A stretch of DNA of 64,000 nt from an uncultured Gemmatimonadaceae bacterium (GTDB taxonomy: Bacteria > Gemmatimonadota > Gemmatimonadetes > Gemmatimonadales > Gemmatimonadaceae), in assembly GCA_963761305.1 (NCBI GenBank), contig CAVXGK010000001.1, positions 928,001 to 992,000 on the forward strand. Direction: 5' to 3'. Below are positions 52,645 to 61,163 of this stretch, in pieces. The position numbers and the translations under genes were made by a program. Under the pieces are notes generated by a model, which saw nothing but the letters and a program-made list of their open reading frames with translations, was not told where the DNA came from and ran no database searches. Each line of letters opens with the position of its first letter. Position 1 is the first letter of the stretch.

Positions 52645-52659
52645 CGGCATGACCTATGC
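52645..52659 (+). promoter_or_regulatory. Sigma54-type -24/-12 promoter
   Basis: CGGCATGACCTATGC (GG-N10-GC); same spacing to the leader motif as at 53779. Confidence 0.55.
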
Positions 52660-52673
52660 TTGAGTACGTTGTC

Positions 52674-52760
52674 GTGCCGCGACGGAGAACCGTCGATCGG
52701 AGCGACGCGAGAGCGACGTTCCGCCCAGCTATCGTCCGCGGGGGCCTGTGAGGACGGATC
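52674..52760 (+). ncRNA. Candidate structured 5'-leader RNA, copy 1
   Basis: CGACGG/CCGTCG hairpin; CGGAGCG/CGTTCCG stem enclosing CGC-GAGA-GCG; crossing pairs GCCC/GGGC and CGTCC/GGACG. Confidence 0.6.
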
Positions 52761-52773
52761 AGGGGAGCGAGCC

Positions 52774-53628
52774 ATGGATCGACGACAGATCACCACATTG
52801 TTGGCCGCCGCCGCGGCGCTGAGCGCGCTCGGGACGACCATCCTAGCCGCGCAGGACACAACGAGAACCGGTCCGCGATCGACACGGACAATCCCAATAA
52901 GGAAGGAGGCGGCGGGCGAGATCGCGAAGCCGATTCACGACACCGTGACGGTGTACCGCACGGACACACTTCGCCTCACGACGCCACCCGTCACGGTTCA
53001 CGACACGGTGACGCGAACCAACACGGTTACGGTCACTCACACGGACACCGTCACACTCACGCCCGTCGCGCCGCCGGTTCGGCTGCCGAACGGTATGTAC
53101 ATGGGCCTGAGCGCCGGCCTGAGCGCGCCGAACGGCGCGTTGTTCAACCCGAACAACACCGGGCCGAGCGCGCAGTTTCAGCTCGGTTGGCAGGACGCGC
53201 TGAAGGTGTTGGGCCTGCGTGGCGACGTGAACTGGACCTCGCCGGGCCAGGATGCCGGCTTCGTTCATTTCCCCAGCTCGCCCCACGGACAGATCTTCAA
53301 CTTCAGCCTGGACGCCAAGGCGCAGCTCCCGTATCTGCACCACACGTTCGGCGCGAGCCACCTGTTCTCGCTGTACGCGATCGGCGGCTACACACACACG
53401 ATGTTCAAGAACGTCGGCCTGCGCGTCGATTCACCGCCGGGTACGCTGCTCTTCGCGCCCGCCAATGATTCGTGGTCGAATCAGAACGGTTGGAACGCCG
53501 GCGGCGGCGCGTCGCTGATGTGGGGCCGGACGGAACTGTTCGCCGAGTCTCGCGTGCTCGCGTTCACGCCGGATAACGCGCCGATGGCTCGGCAGATGCC
53601 CTTCATGCTCGGGCTGAACTGGTACTAA
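52774..53628 (+). CDS. Outer-membrane beta-barrel protein with DT-rich N-terminal stalk (paralog 1)
   Basis: Signal peptide; HDTVTVYRTDTL repeats; amphipathic strands; GWNAGGG..ELFAESRV; C-terminal LNWY. Confidence 0.8.
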   Translation: MDRRQITTLLAAAAALSALGTTILAAQDTTRTGPRSTRTIPIRKEAAGEIAKPIHDTVTVYRTDTLRLTTPPVTVHDTVTRTNTVTVTHTDTVTLTPVAPPVRLPNGMYMGLSAGLSAPNGALFNPNNTGPSAQFQLGWQDALKVLGLRGDVNWTSPGQDAGFVHFPSSPHGQIFNFSLDAKAQLPYLHHTFGASHLFSLYAIGGYTHTMFKNVGLRVDSPPGTLLFAPANDSWSNQNGWNAGGGASLMWGRTELFAESRVLAFTPDNAPMARQMPFMLGLNWY

Positions 53629-53679
53629 CCGCCGAATCGATTCGGGACGACGAGACCGTCGTCCCGCCGCGCGGACGAG

Positions 53680-53720
53680 AGGACAGCGACCAGTTCGTTC
53701 GGGTCGCTGTCCTTTTTTTT
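53680..53720 (+). terminator. Intrinsic terminator
   Basis: AGGACAGCGACC/GGTCGCTGTCCT stem followed by a T run. Confidence 0.85.
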
Positions 53721-53778
53721 GTCGACATGCTTCCGTCTGCTCGAGGCGATTTCGAGAACCTTTACGATTCGGGTATCT

Positions 53779-53793
53779 CGGCACGGCCCCTGC
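53779..53793 (+). promoter_or_regulatory. Sigma54-type -24/-12 promoter
   Basis: CGGCACGGCCCCTGC (GG-N10-GC). Confidence 0.6.
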
Positions 53794-53807
53794 CCTGGAC
53801 TGCGGCG

Positions 53808-53906
53808 GTGCCGCGACGATTTCAGTCGCCCGGAATGTTGACGAGCACTCTCGCTCGAGCACGTTCCGCCCGGGAGCCGTCCCCGTGGGGCGAGTCGAGG
53901 ACGGTG
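53808..53906 (+). ncRNA. Candidate structured 5'-leader RNA, copy 2
   Basis: GCGAC/GTCGC; CGGAATGT/ACGTTCCG; CGAGC/GCTCG; crossing CGCCC/GGGCG and CCGTCC/GGACGG. Confidence 0.6.
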
Positions 53907-53922
53907 GAGAGGAGGAGACACA

Positions 53923-54888
53923 ATGTTGAAGGGTCATGCGTTCGTCCTCGCTGCCGGCGCGGCGTTAATTGCGCTCGACGCGTCGGCGTCTCTAGCGCAG
54001 GACACAACTCGCGCTCGTCCGCATTCGACGAAGCGCATCTCGGTGAAGAAGGAAAGCGGCGAAGTCGCGCCGATGCCGAGAGTCGACACGGTGACGATTT
54101 TCCGCACCGACACGATGTCCATCACGCGTATCGATACCGTGACGCAAACGAACACGGTCGTACGCACGGATACGTTGGTGCAGACGATCACCCGGCCGAT
54201 TCCCGCGTCCGGTAACTGGTACGGCGGGTTTGCTGCCGGCGTGGCGGTGCCGGCCGGCGGTCTGCAGAACTTGAACGAAACCGGTGGTACAGGCCAGTTG
54301 CAGTTCGGTTATCAGCCCGTGCACAGCATTTTGGGAGGGCGCATCGACGCCTCGTACTCGCGCTTCCGCCGACCGTTCGGTTTCGCGGATGACAACTTCG
54401 CGGTTGCGACGCCGTTGCTCGGCTTCACGAACGTCTTCACCCGCCAGCCTGACATCTGGAACTTCAACCTCAACCTGAAGGTCCAGGTCCCGGGAGTCGA
54501 AGGCTGGTTCGGTCATGCAGTCACCTTCCAGCCATACCTGATCGGCGGCGGCGGTTTCGCAACCTACGATCACCTGCCGGTCGAGTTCAGCGACGGATCG
54601 TTCCTCATCGTCCGCAATGGATTCGTGCAAACGACGAACGGCATCATCGTCAACGGCCTGAGCGTGGACAATTTCGACACCGGTTGGCACACGAGTTGGG
54701 GTTGGAACGCCGGCGGCGGTTTGGCGTGGCGCTTCGGACACCAGGAGCTGTTCGTGGAGTCACGCGTGCTCGGGTTCAACACGAGCCGCAACGACTTCTT
54801 CAACAACACGAACATCAACGGCATCGACTTGCCCAGCTTCCGGTCGGCACGTCAGGTCCCGATCGTCTTCGGCATGAACTGGTATTAA
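53923..54888 (+). CDS. Outer-membrane beta-barrel protein (paralog 2)
   Basis: AGGAGGAG RBS; signal peptide; VDTV repeats; C-terminal MNWY. Confidence 0.82.
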   Translation: MLKGHAFVLAAGAALIALDASASLAQDTTRARPHSTKRISVKKESGEVAPMPRVDTVTIFRTDTMSITRIDTVTQTNTVVRTDTLVQTITRPIPASGNWYGGFAAGVAVPAGGLQNLNETGGTGQLQFGYQPVHSILGGRIDASYSRFRRPFGFADDNFAVATPLLGFTNVFTRQPDIWNFNLNLKVQVPGVEGWFGHAVTFQPYLIGGGGFATYDHLPVEFSDGSFLIVRNGFVQTTNGIIVNGLSVDNFDTGWHTSWGWNAGGGLAWRFGHQELFVESRVLGFNTSRNDFFNNTNINGIDLPSFRSARQVPIVFGMNWY

Positions 54889-54925
54889 TGGATCAGGCAG
54901 TAGTAGTCAGTTAGGACAGAACGGT

Positions 54926-54974
54926 CGCGGCAGGCTGGGCGCTTCGGATGGTTCCGGCGCATCAACCTGCCGCG
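54926..54974 (+). terminator. Hairpin homologous to the 56117 terminator but without a U-tract
   Basis: CGCGGCAGG...CCTGCCGCG followed by TCGCTG. Confidence 0.45.
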
Positions 54975-55001
54975 TCGCTGCCCCTGCCCTGGACTGCGAC
55001 G

Positions 55002-55102
55002 GTGCCGCGACGATTTTGAGTCGCTCGGAATGTGTAGACGAGCACGATCGCTTGAGCACGTTTCGCCCGGAGGCCGTCCGCGGGGGCGAGTTGAGGACGG
55101 TG
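55002..55102 (+). ncRNA. Candidate structured 5'-leader RNA, copy 3
   Basis: GCGAC/GTCGC; CGGAATGTG/CACGTTTCG; CGAGC/GCTTG; crossing CGCCC/GGGCG and CCGTCC/GGACGG. Confidence 0.6.
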
Positions 55103-55118
55103 GAGAGGAGGAGACACA

Positions 55119-56060
55119 ATGTTGAAGGGTCATGCGTTCGTCCTCGCTGCCGGCGCGGCGTTCATTGCGCTCGACGCATCGGCGTCTCTAGCGCAGGACA
55201 CAACTCACGCTCGTCCGCATTCGACGAAGCGCATCTCGGTGAAGAAGGAAAGCGGCGAAGTCGCGCCGATGCCGAGAGTCGACACGGTGACGATTTTCCG
55301 CACCGACACGATGTCCATCACGCGCGTCGACACCGTGACGCAGACGAACACGGTCGTACGCACCGATACGCTGGTGCAGACGATCACCCGGCCGATTCCC
55401 GTGGTCGGCAACTTCTACGGCGGATTCGCCGCCGGCGTCACCGTTCCGTCCGGAGGGCTCGATGTACTGAACGAGACCGGCGGCACGGGCCAGTTGCAGT
55501 TCGGCTGGCAACCCGTCCACAGCATCCTTGGCGCGCGCCTCGACGGGTCGTACTCGCGGTATCGCCGGGCATTCGGCTTCGACGACAACTTTGCCGTCGC
55601 CACGCCGTTGCTCAACTTCACGAACGTCGACACCCGCGAACCGAACATCTGGAACTTCAATCTCGATCTGAAAGTCCAGATCCCGGGTATCGAGAGCGCG
55701 TTCGGTCATGCGGTCACGTTCCAGCCGTACCTCCTGGGCGGCGGCGGGTTCGTCACCTATGATCACCTGCCCCTTCAGACGCGCGACGGGGCGTTCATCG
55801 TAGCTCGCAATGGAATCCTCCAGACGTCGAACGGCGTGATTCTCACCGGCGTCACGGTGGACAATTTCGACACCGGTTGGCACACGGATTGGGGTTGGAA
55901 CGCTGGTGGCGGACTCGCTTGGCGCTTCGCGAACAAGGAGCTCTTTGTCGAGTCGCGCGTGCTCGGCTTCAATGCCCATTCCATCAACAACGTCTTCCCG
56001 AACGTCAGCTTCCGTTCGGCGCGCCAGGTTCCGATCGTCTTCGGTATGAACTTCTATTAA
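55119..56060 (+). CDS. Outer-membrane beta-barrel protein (paralog 3, tandem duplicate of paralog 2)
   Basis: First ~90 aa nearly identical to 53923..54888; C-terminal MNFY. Confidence 0.82.
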   Translation: MLKGHAFVLAAGAAFIALDASASLAQDTTHARPHSTKRISVKKESGEVAPMPRVDTVTIFRTDTMSITRVDTVTQTNTVVRTDTLVQTITRPIPVVGNFYGGFAAGVTVPSGGLDVLNETGGTGQLQFGWQPVHSILGARLDGSYSRYRRAFGFDDNFAVATPLLNFTNVDTREPNIWNFNLDLKVQIPGIESAFGHAVTFQPYLLGGGGFVTYDHLPLQTRDGAFIVARNGILQTSNGVILTGVTVDNFDTGWHTDWGWNAGGGLAWRFANKELFVESRVLGFNAHSINNVFPNVSFRSARQVPIVFGMNFY

Positions 56061-56116
56061 TCGATCGCGCGATGAGCGCGAGGTACCGCTAGACCGTGGT
56101 TCGCAGGCACAAATTT

Positions 56117-56170
56117 CGCGGCAGGCTGGGCTGTTCGGTGAAGCACCGACGCATCAGCCTGCCGCGTTTT
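56117..56170 (+). terminator. Intrinsic terminator
   Basis: CGCGGCAGGCTG/CAGCCTGCCGCG stem followed by TTTT. Confidence 0.7.
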
Positions 56171-56276
56171 GCGCTTCAGCGTACGTTACTCATGGAACGG
56201 ATTTGGCATTTTGAACGGTTACCATAGATCGAGCGCTGCGTTTCCCGCGCTGAATTACCGCCGACATCCCACATCC

Positions 56277-57116
56277 ATGAGTAGGATATTGAAGTCTCGA
56301 TGGATCGCCACGCTTCCGGCGGCGATCCTTTTTGTCATTTCGTCTCAAGCCCACGCACAAGGCCGGCATCCACGCTCGGAAGCCGCCAAACGCCTGTGGC
56401 ACCCATCCAAGGACTCGACCGCCGCAATCGACGACTCCGACGACGTCGCGCTTCACTTCGATTCCCGCGCCGACAGCCTGTCGTGGCTGCGCGGCCGCGA
56501 CCTCGCCCATAAATCGTCAGGCCTTCGTCTCGTCGTCTCGCTCCAGGAGCGCCACCTCTGGGCGATCGCCGGACACGACACGCTGCTGAGCGCACCGGTT
56601 GCCGTGGCCAAAGGAACGACCCTCGAGTATGGAAGCCAGAGCTGGCATTTCACTACGCCGCGCGGCGTCCGCACCGTACTCGAGAAAAGCGCCGACCCCG
56701 TCTGGCAGCCGCCCGAGTGGCTCTATGCCGAAACCGCGGTCGAGAACGATCTCAAACTCGCGCATCTGAACTACGGCCAGCGCATCCATCTCTCCGACGG
56801 ACGGCTTCTCACCATCGTCGACGGGTCCGCCGGCATCATCGACACCGACGGCTCGTTCGGCGAGCTGCCGACCGACGAACACATCGTCTTCGGCAACACG
56901 CTCTACATGCCGCCGATGGGCTCGAAGAACCGCAAAGTCGAGGGCGAGCTCGGCAAGTACAAGCTCAGCCTCGGTGACGGGTACCTGTTGCACGGCACGC
57001 CCGACAAGCAATCGATCGGCATGGCGGCAACGCACGGCTGTATCCGCCTGCGCGACGAAGACATCGAGTGGCTGTACGACAACGTCCCGGTTGGGACGAA
57101 GGTGTACATCTTCTGA
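56277..57116 (+). CDS. L,D-transpeptidase (YkuD family)
   Basis: Signal peptide; PVAVAKG..FTTPRG; YLLHGT; ATHGCIRL; PVGTKVYI. Confidence 0.9.
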   Translation: MSRILKSRWIATLPAAILFVISSQAHAQGRHPRSEAAKRLWHPSKDSTAAIDDSDDVALHFDSRADSLSWLRGRDLAHKSSGLRLVVSLQERHLWAIAGHDTLLSAPVAVAKGTTLEYGSQSWHFTTPRGVRTVLEKSADPVWQPPEWLYAETAVENDLKLAHLNYGQRIHLSDGRLLTIVDGSAGIIDTDGSFGELPTDEHIVFGNTLYMPPMGSKNRKVEGELGKYKLSLGDGYLLHGTPDKQSIGMAATHGCIRLRDEDIEWLYDNVPVGTKVYIF

Positions 57117-57156
57117 CGGGTGGACCGGTGCACCGGTGAACGGATCACTCGAATGG

Positions 57157-57190
57157 AAAGAGCCCCGCGAATGGCGGGGCTCTTTGTTTC
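57157..57190. terminator. Bidirectional intrinsic terminator
   Basis: AAAGAGCCCCGC-GAATG-GCGGGGCTCTTT between convergent genes. Confidence 0.8.
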
Positions 57191-57317
57191 TCCTGGCGCT
57201 CTAACTTCAATGCCTCTGTCCGCTCGGCTCCCGCTTCGCTAGCCGGAAGAGTCGGCGGAGGCCGTCAGGAGACCGTCATGAGAGATCTTACTGGACTGCC
57301 ACGGAACGGCTGAGACG

Positions 57318-57836
57318 CTATTGCTTCGCGATCTGGCCGCGGATCTCGCCGCCGCCGTTTTGGGTCGTGTGAACGTTGGCGTACGTGAGGCCGGCGAACA
57401 GAAGCTTCTTGAGCGAATCTCCATTGATCGTGTTCGTGAGCTGTGTCGCGGCGGTCAGCGTCGTAGTCCCGTGTGCCGTGCCGAGGGTCGCCCCGGTCGT
57501 GAACGTTGCACCCGCCAGCGTCCCAAAGTTGAGGATCGGGCTGGCAGTGACGGTCGTCGTCGAGGGGCCGTGGATGTGGCCGAGAGTCACGTTGGACGTG
57601 AGGCCGGTAAAGGTCACGTCGTAGGTGAATACGTTCGTCGACGTGTCGAGCGTCGCAACAAAGGTCCCGCTGCCCGACGAGTTCGTCGGCGGTACCTCGC
57701 CGCTCGGCACCAGCGTCGCCTTGAACGTGACGATCTTCGATGCCGGGGTGGTCGTCGGAGTGTCGTTGCTGCTGCCGCACGCGATGAGAATCGCGGACGT
57801 CGTCAGCGTCAGAACCGCAAGAGTACGCTTCGTCAT
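57318..57836 (-). CDS. CHRD-domain lipoprotein
   Basis: LIAC lipobox; EVPP..S.GSG, GHIHGP, YANVHTTQNGGGEIRGQI. Confidence 0.92.
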   Translation of the reverse strand: MTKRTLAVLTLTTSAILIACGSSNDTPTTTPASKIVTFKATLVPSGEVPPTNSSGSGTFVATLDTSTNVFTYDVTFTGLTSNVTLGHIHGPSTTTVTASPILNFGTLAGATFTTGATLGTAHGTTTLTAATQLTNTINGDSLKKLLFAGLTYANVHTTQNGGGEIRGQIAKQ

Positions 57837-58034
57837 GGTGATGCTCCTCCATTCCTGCTGGTGGATGTGCGGGATACTCGACCACGAGCGTCCTGCCGCG
57901 CCAGCCAGGAATCCCAAGCCGTCAAGCTCGGTTCCTCTCTTTCGAGCATATGCGTCCCCATAACGAACCGGGGCGCGCCGGATTCATCCGCCGCGCCCCG
58001 CTCGCTTCCATTGCCGCGTTGCTGCTCTGTTGTG

Positions 58035-59126
58035 CTATCGCGGTGCGATCAACCGATCTCCGACGGCGATGATCACGAATTCGTCACGACGATTTTGTTT
58101 CCAGCAGTCTTCGTCGTGTCCCTGACACACCGGTCTCTCTTCGCCATTGCTCGCCACGTCGATGCGGCCGGCGTCGATGCCGTGATCGATCAAATACTTC
58201 CGCGTCGCCTGCGCGCGACGCATGCCGAGCGCCAGGTTGTACTCGTCCGACCCACGCTCGTCGGCGTTGCCCTCGATGCGGATGCGCACCGCGGGATTCG
58301 CTCGGAGCACCGGAATCTTGGCGTCGAGAATCGCGCGCTGATCGCCGCGCAGATCCGACTGATCGAAGTCGAAGTACACTGCCGCGAGGAGCGCCTCACG
58401 CGCACGATTCACCGCGTTGACCGAGTCGGTGTTCGGTCCTGTCGGAGCGATACGCGCCGGAGGCGGCGTCGGCTCGGGGCGCGGTGGCGGAGCTTGGCGC
58501 TGCGGCGGCGGCGGCTGCCCTGCGACGGTCGGCGGTGAAGGAGCGCTTGAGTTGCCGAGCAGCCAGCTGAGCCCCGCTCTGATCTGAAGATTCGTCGATC
58601 GCGCCGCGGCGTCATTCACCCCCGACACGGGCGGAAATCCGAATGTGGCAGCCGTCGGATTCTCGACGTACTCCACGATCCCGTCGAGTCTGAGCGCCAG
58701 CGAATTCGTGAAATGCAGTCGAAGGCCGCCGCCGAACGGTGCCGAAAAATCAGAGTGCGATGCGAAGCGCTGCCCACCCGCCCCAGCTTCGAGGATCAAG
58801 TCGTGGGTCTGCCCCGCGAACCCGAACGGGAGGTTGAAGTTGATCTGCCCGTCGAACGTCTGAACCGAGCTCGTTCCACTCGCGCGCGGCGCCTGATTGT
58901 TGAACGACGCCGCTGAGAAGGTCCCCTCGAGCTCGAATCGGCGATTCAGGAAGATTCCGAGGCGTCCGCCGAGTCCGAAACCGTCGTCGGTGTGCCACGC
59001 TTCGTCGGCCCGCGTGAACTGGCCGAACACCCCGACCTCGGTCGTGCCGAATTTTTGGGCGGCGGCCTCGGCCGACGCAATACACACGAGAAGGAAGCTG
59101 GCCACAGCCAAACGCTGCATGCGCAT
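58035..59126 (-). CDS. OmpA-like protein: N-terminal beta-barrel, Pro-rich linker, Pal-type C-terminal domain
   Basis: Signal peptide; amphipathic strands; VYFDFDQSDL, IEGNADERGSDEYNLALGMRRA, NGEERP, QNRRDEF. Confidence 0.88.
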   Translation of the reverse strand: MRMQRLAVASFLLVCIASAEAAAQKFGTTEVGVFGQFTRADEAWHTDDGFGLGGRLGIFLNRRFELEGTFSAASFNNQAPRASGTSSVQTFDGQINFNLPFGFAGQTHDLILEAGAGGQRFASHSDFSAPFGGGLRLHFTNSLALRLDGIVEYVENPTAATFGFPPVSGVNDAAARSTNLQIRAGLSWLLGNSSAPSPPTVAGQPPPPQRQAPPPRPEPTPPPARIAPTGPNTDSVNAVNRAREALLAAVYFDFDQSDLRGDQRAILDAKIPVLRANPAVRIRIEGNADERGSDEYNLALGMRRAQATRKYLIDHGIDAGRIDVASNGEERPVCQGHDEDCWKQNRRDEFVIIAVGDRLIAPR

Positions 59127-59391
59127 GCGACGTCCTCTCCGGATTTGAAGTTGGTTCTGCGCCGATACAATCTAAAGCGAACGAGCTCTGCCGGACGGTT
59201 TCCGCTCCGGTTCCGGTGACCCCACCTGATTGATTTGGGCCGCCTCATACCTCGACACACCGACGCACTCAGCGGATATTCCCGCCTCGTCGTTCGTATC
59301 CCGGCTGCACGCAGCGGCCCGACTCAGCCTACCCCACCCCCATCCCCACTCCCAGCCGTTCGTGAGACCCGAGGCGAGGAGCACGGTCCAC

Positions 59392-61116
59392 ATGCCGAAC
59401 AGTCGCGTTCCAATCACTGCGATACTCGCGTTGATCGCGGGCGTCGCCCCATCCATTGCGTCCGCCCAGCTCGCGGCGAATCGCGAGCGCAACGCGCCGA
59501 GCGCGTACGCGATCACCAATGCGAGAATCGTCACCGGTGCCGGCGCCGCGGTGGATCGCGGGACGATCGTCGTGCGCAACGGCGTGATCGTCGCCGTCGG
59601 CGCGAGCGTGCAGGCGCCGGCCGACGCGCGCGTCATCGACGGGAACGGGCTCACCGTCTACCCGGGCATCATCGACGCAAACAGCAGCCTTGCACTCGGC
59701 GGCGGCGCGCCGGACGTCGTGGCCGAGGCGGGACGCGGGGGGCGAGGCGGTGGCCGAGGCACGGCGCCAACGCAGCAGGGCGCGCCCGCCGGCGCGCCGA
59801 ACTCGCTGCACCCGATCGGCCTTCAGCCGGAGCTGACGGCCGTCGACCTGCTTCACGCCGACGAGGATGCACTGGCCGGACCGCACAGCGCCGGGATCAC
59901 GGCCGCGCTCACGGTGTCGGCCACCGGCATCTTTCGCGGCGAGTCGGCGGTGATCAACCTCGCCGGTTCGTCGGCGCAGGCGATGCTCATCAAGGCTCCA
60001 GTGGCCGAGCACATCGGCTTCACGCCGTCGCGCGGGGGCGGGTATCCGAATTCGCTCATGGGCGTGTTCGCCGCGTTGCGGCAGATGCTGCTCGACGCGC
60101 AGCACTACGCTGCCGAGCAGGCCGCGTACGCCAAGAACCCGCACGGCATGCGCCGCCCCGAGCCCGATCCGTCGCTCGACGCGCTTCAGGCCGTGCTCCA
60201 GCGACAGATTCCGGTCGTGATGGAAGCGTCGTCCAAGCGCGAGATCGAACGCGCGTTGGATCTGGCGAAGGAATTCAACTTCCGCCCGATCATCGCCGGC
60301 GGCGAAGAGGCCGACCAGGTCGCGGCGAGGCTCAAGGCCGAAAACGTGCCGGTGCTGCTCTCGCTCAATTTCCCACGCCGGCCGCAGGCGTCGGCCGACG
60401 CGGATCCCGAGCCGCTTCGCACGCTCCGCGCGCGCGTCGATGCGCCGAAACTCGCCTCGAAGCTGCAGGCCGCGGGCGTGAAGTTCGCGTTCGAGGACGG
60501 CGGGCTCGCGACGTGGTCCGACTACCTCGGCAACGCGAGCCGCTCGGTGGAGAGCGGACTCACGGCCGACCAGGCGATTCGCGCGCTCACACTCACGCCG
60601 GCCGAGATTCTCGGCGTCAACGACCGCCTGGGCACGATCGAGGCGGGCAAGGTGGCGAATCTCACCCTGACGCGCGGCGATCTCTTCACCGGCCGCGTGA
60701 CGCAGATCTTCATCGACGGCACACCGATCGAGGCACGCGCACCGGCGGCCGGCGGCGCCGCCTCGCTCGCCAGCGGCACGTGGACGATCACGATCACGAC
60801 CGACGAGGGCGAAAAGCCGGTGACGCTCACGCTCCAGCAGGTCGGCGACCAGCTGCGCGGCACGGTCCAGGGCTCGCTCGGCAGTTCACAGATTTCTAAT
60901 GGGTCGATCGGGGCGGCGGGCGATGTCCAGTTCACCGCGTCGCTCACGATGAGCTCCGGTACGGAGGAAGGGCGGTTCAGCGGCACGATCGACGGCAACC
61001 TGATGCGCGGCACGGTGTCGGTGGTCGGGCATCCGTCGTCGACGTTCGTCGGTTCGAAACCCGACGCCGCGCAGGGCGGCGGACGGCGGGGACGGCCGCC
61101 GGGGGGGGGCAGATGA
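59392..61116 (+). CDS. Secreted amidohydrolase-family protein lacking HxH, with C-terminal beta domain
   Basis: AITNARIV, VYPGIIDANS, LTLTPAEILG..DRLGTIEAGKVANL. Confidence 0.85.
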   Translation: MPNSRVPITAILALIAGVAPSIASAQLAANRERNAPSAYAITNARIVTGAGAAVDRGTIVVRNGVIVAVGASVQAPADARVIDGNGLTVYPGIIDANSSLALGGGAPDVVAEAGRGGRGGGRGTAPTQQGAPAGAPNSLHPIGLQPELTAVDLLHADEDALAGPHSAGITAALTVSATGIFRGESAVINLAGSSAQAMLIKAPVAEHIGFTPSRGGGYPNSLMGVFAALRQMLLDAQHYAAEQAAYAKNPHGMRRPEPDPSLDALQAVLQRQIPVVMEASSKREIERALDLAKEFNFRPIIAGGEEADQVAARLKAENVPVLLSLNFPRRPQASADADPEPLRTLRARVDAPKLASKLQAAGVKFAFEDGGLATWSDYLGNASRSVESGLTADQAIRALTLTPAEILGVNDRLGTIEAGKVANLTLTRGDLFTGRVTQIFIDGTPIEARAPAAGGAASLASGTWTITITTDEGEKPVTLTLQQVGDQLRGTVQGSLGSSQISNGSIGAAGDVQFTASLTMSSGTEEGRFSGTIDGNLMRGTVSVVGHPSSTFVGSKPDAAQGGGRRGRPPGGGR

Positions 61117-61163
61117 GCGCGCGACACGGCGACCGACCTTCCGGATCATTCTTCGAGACATTC

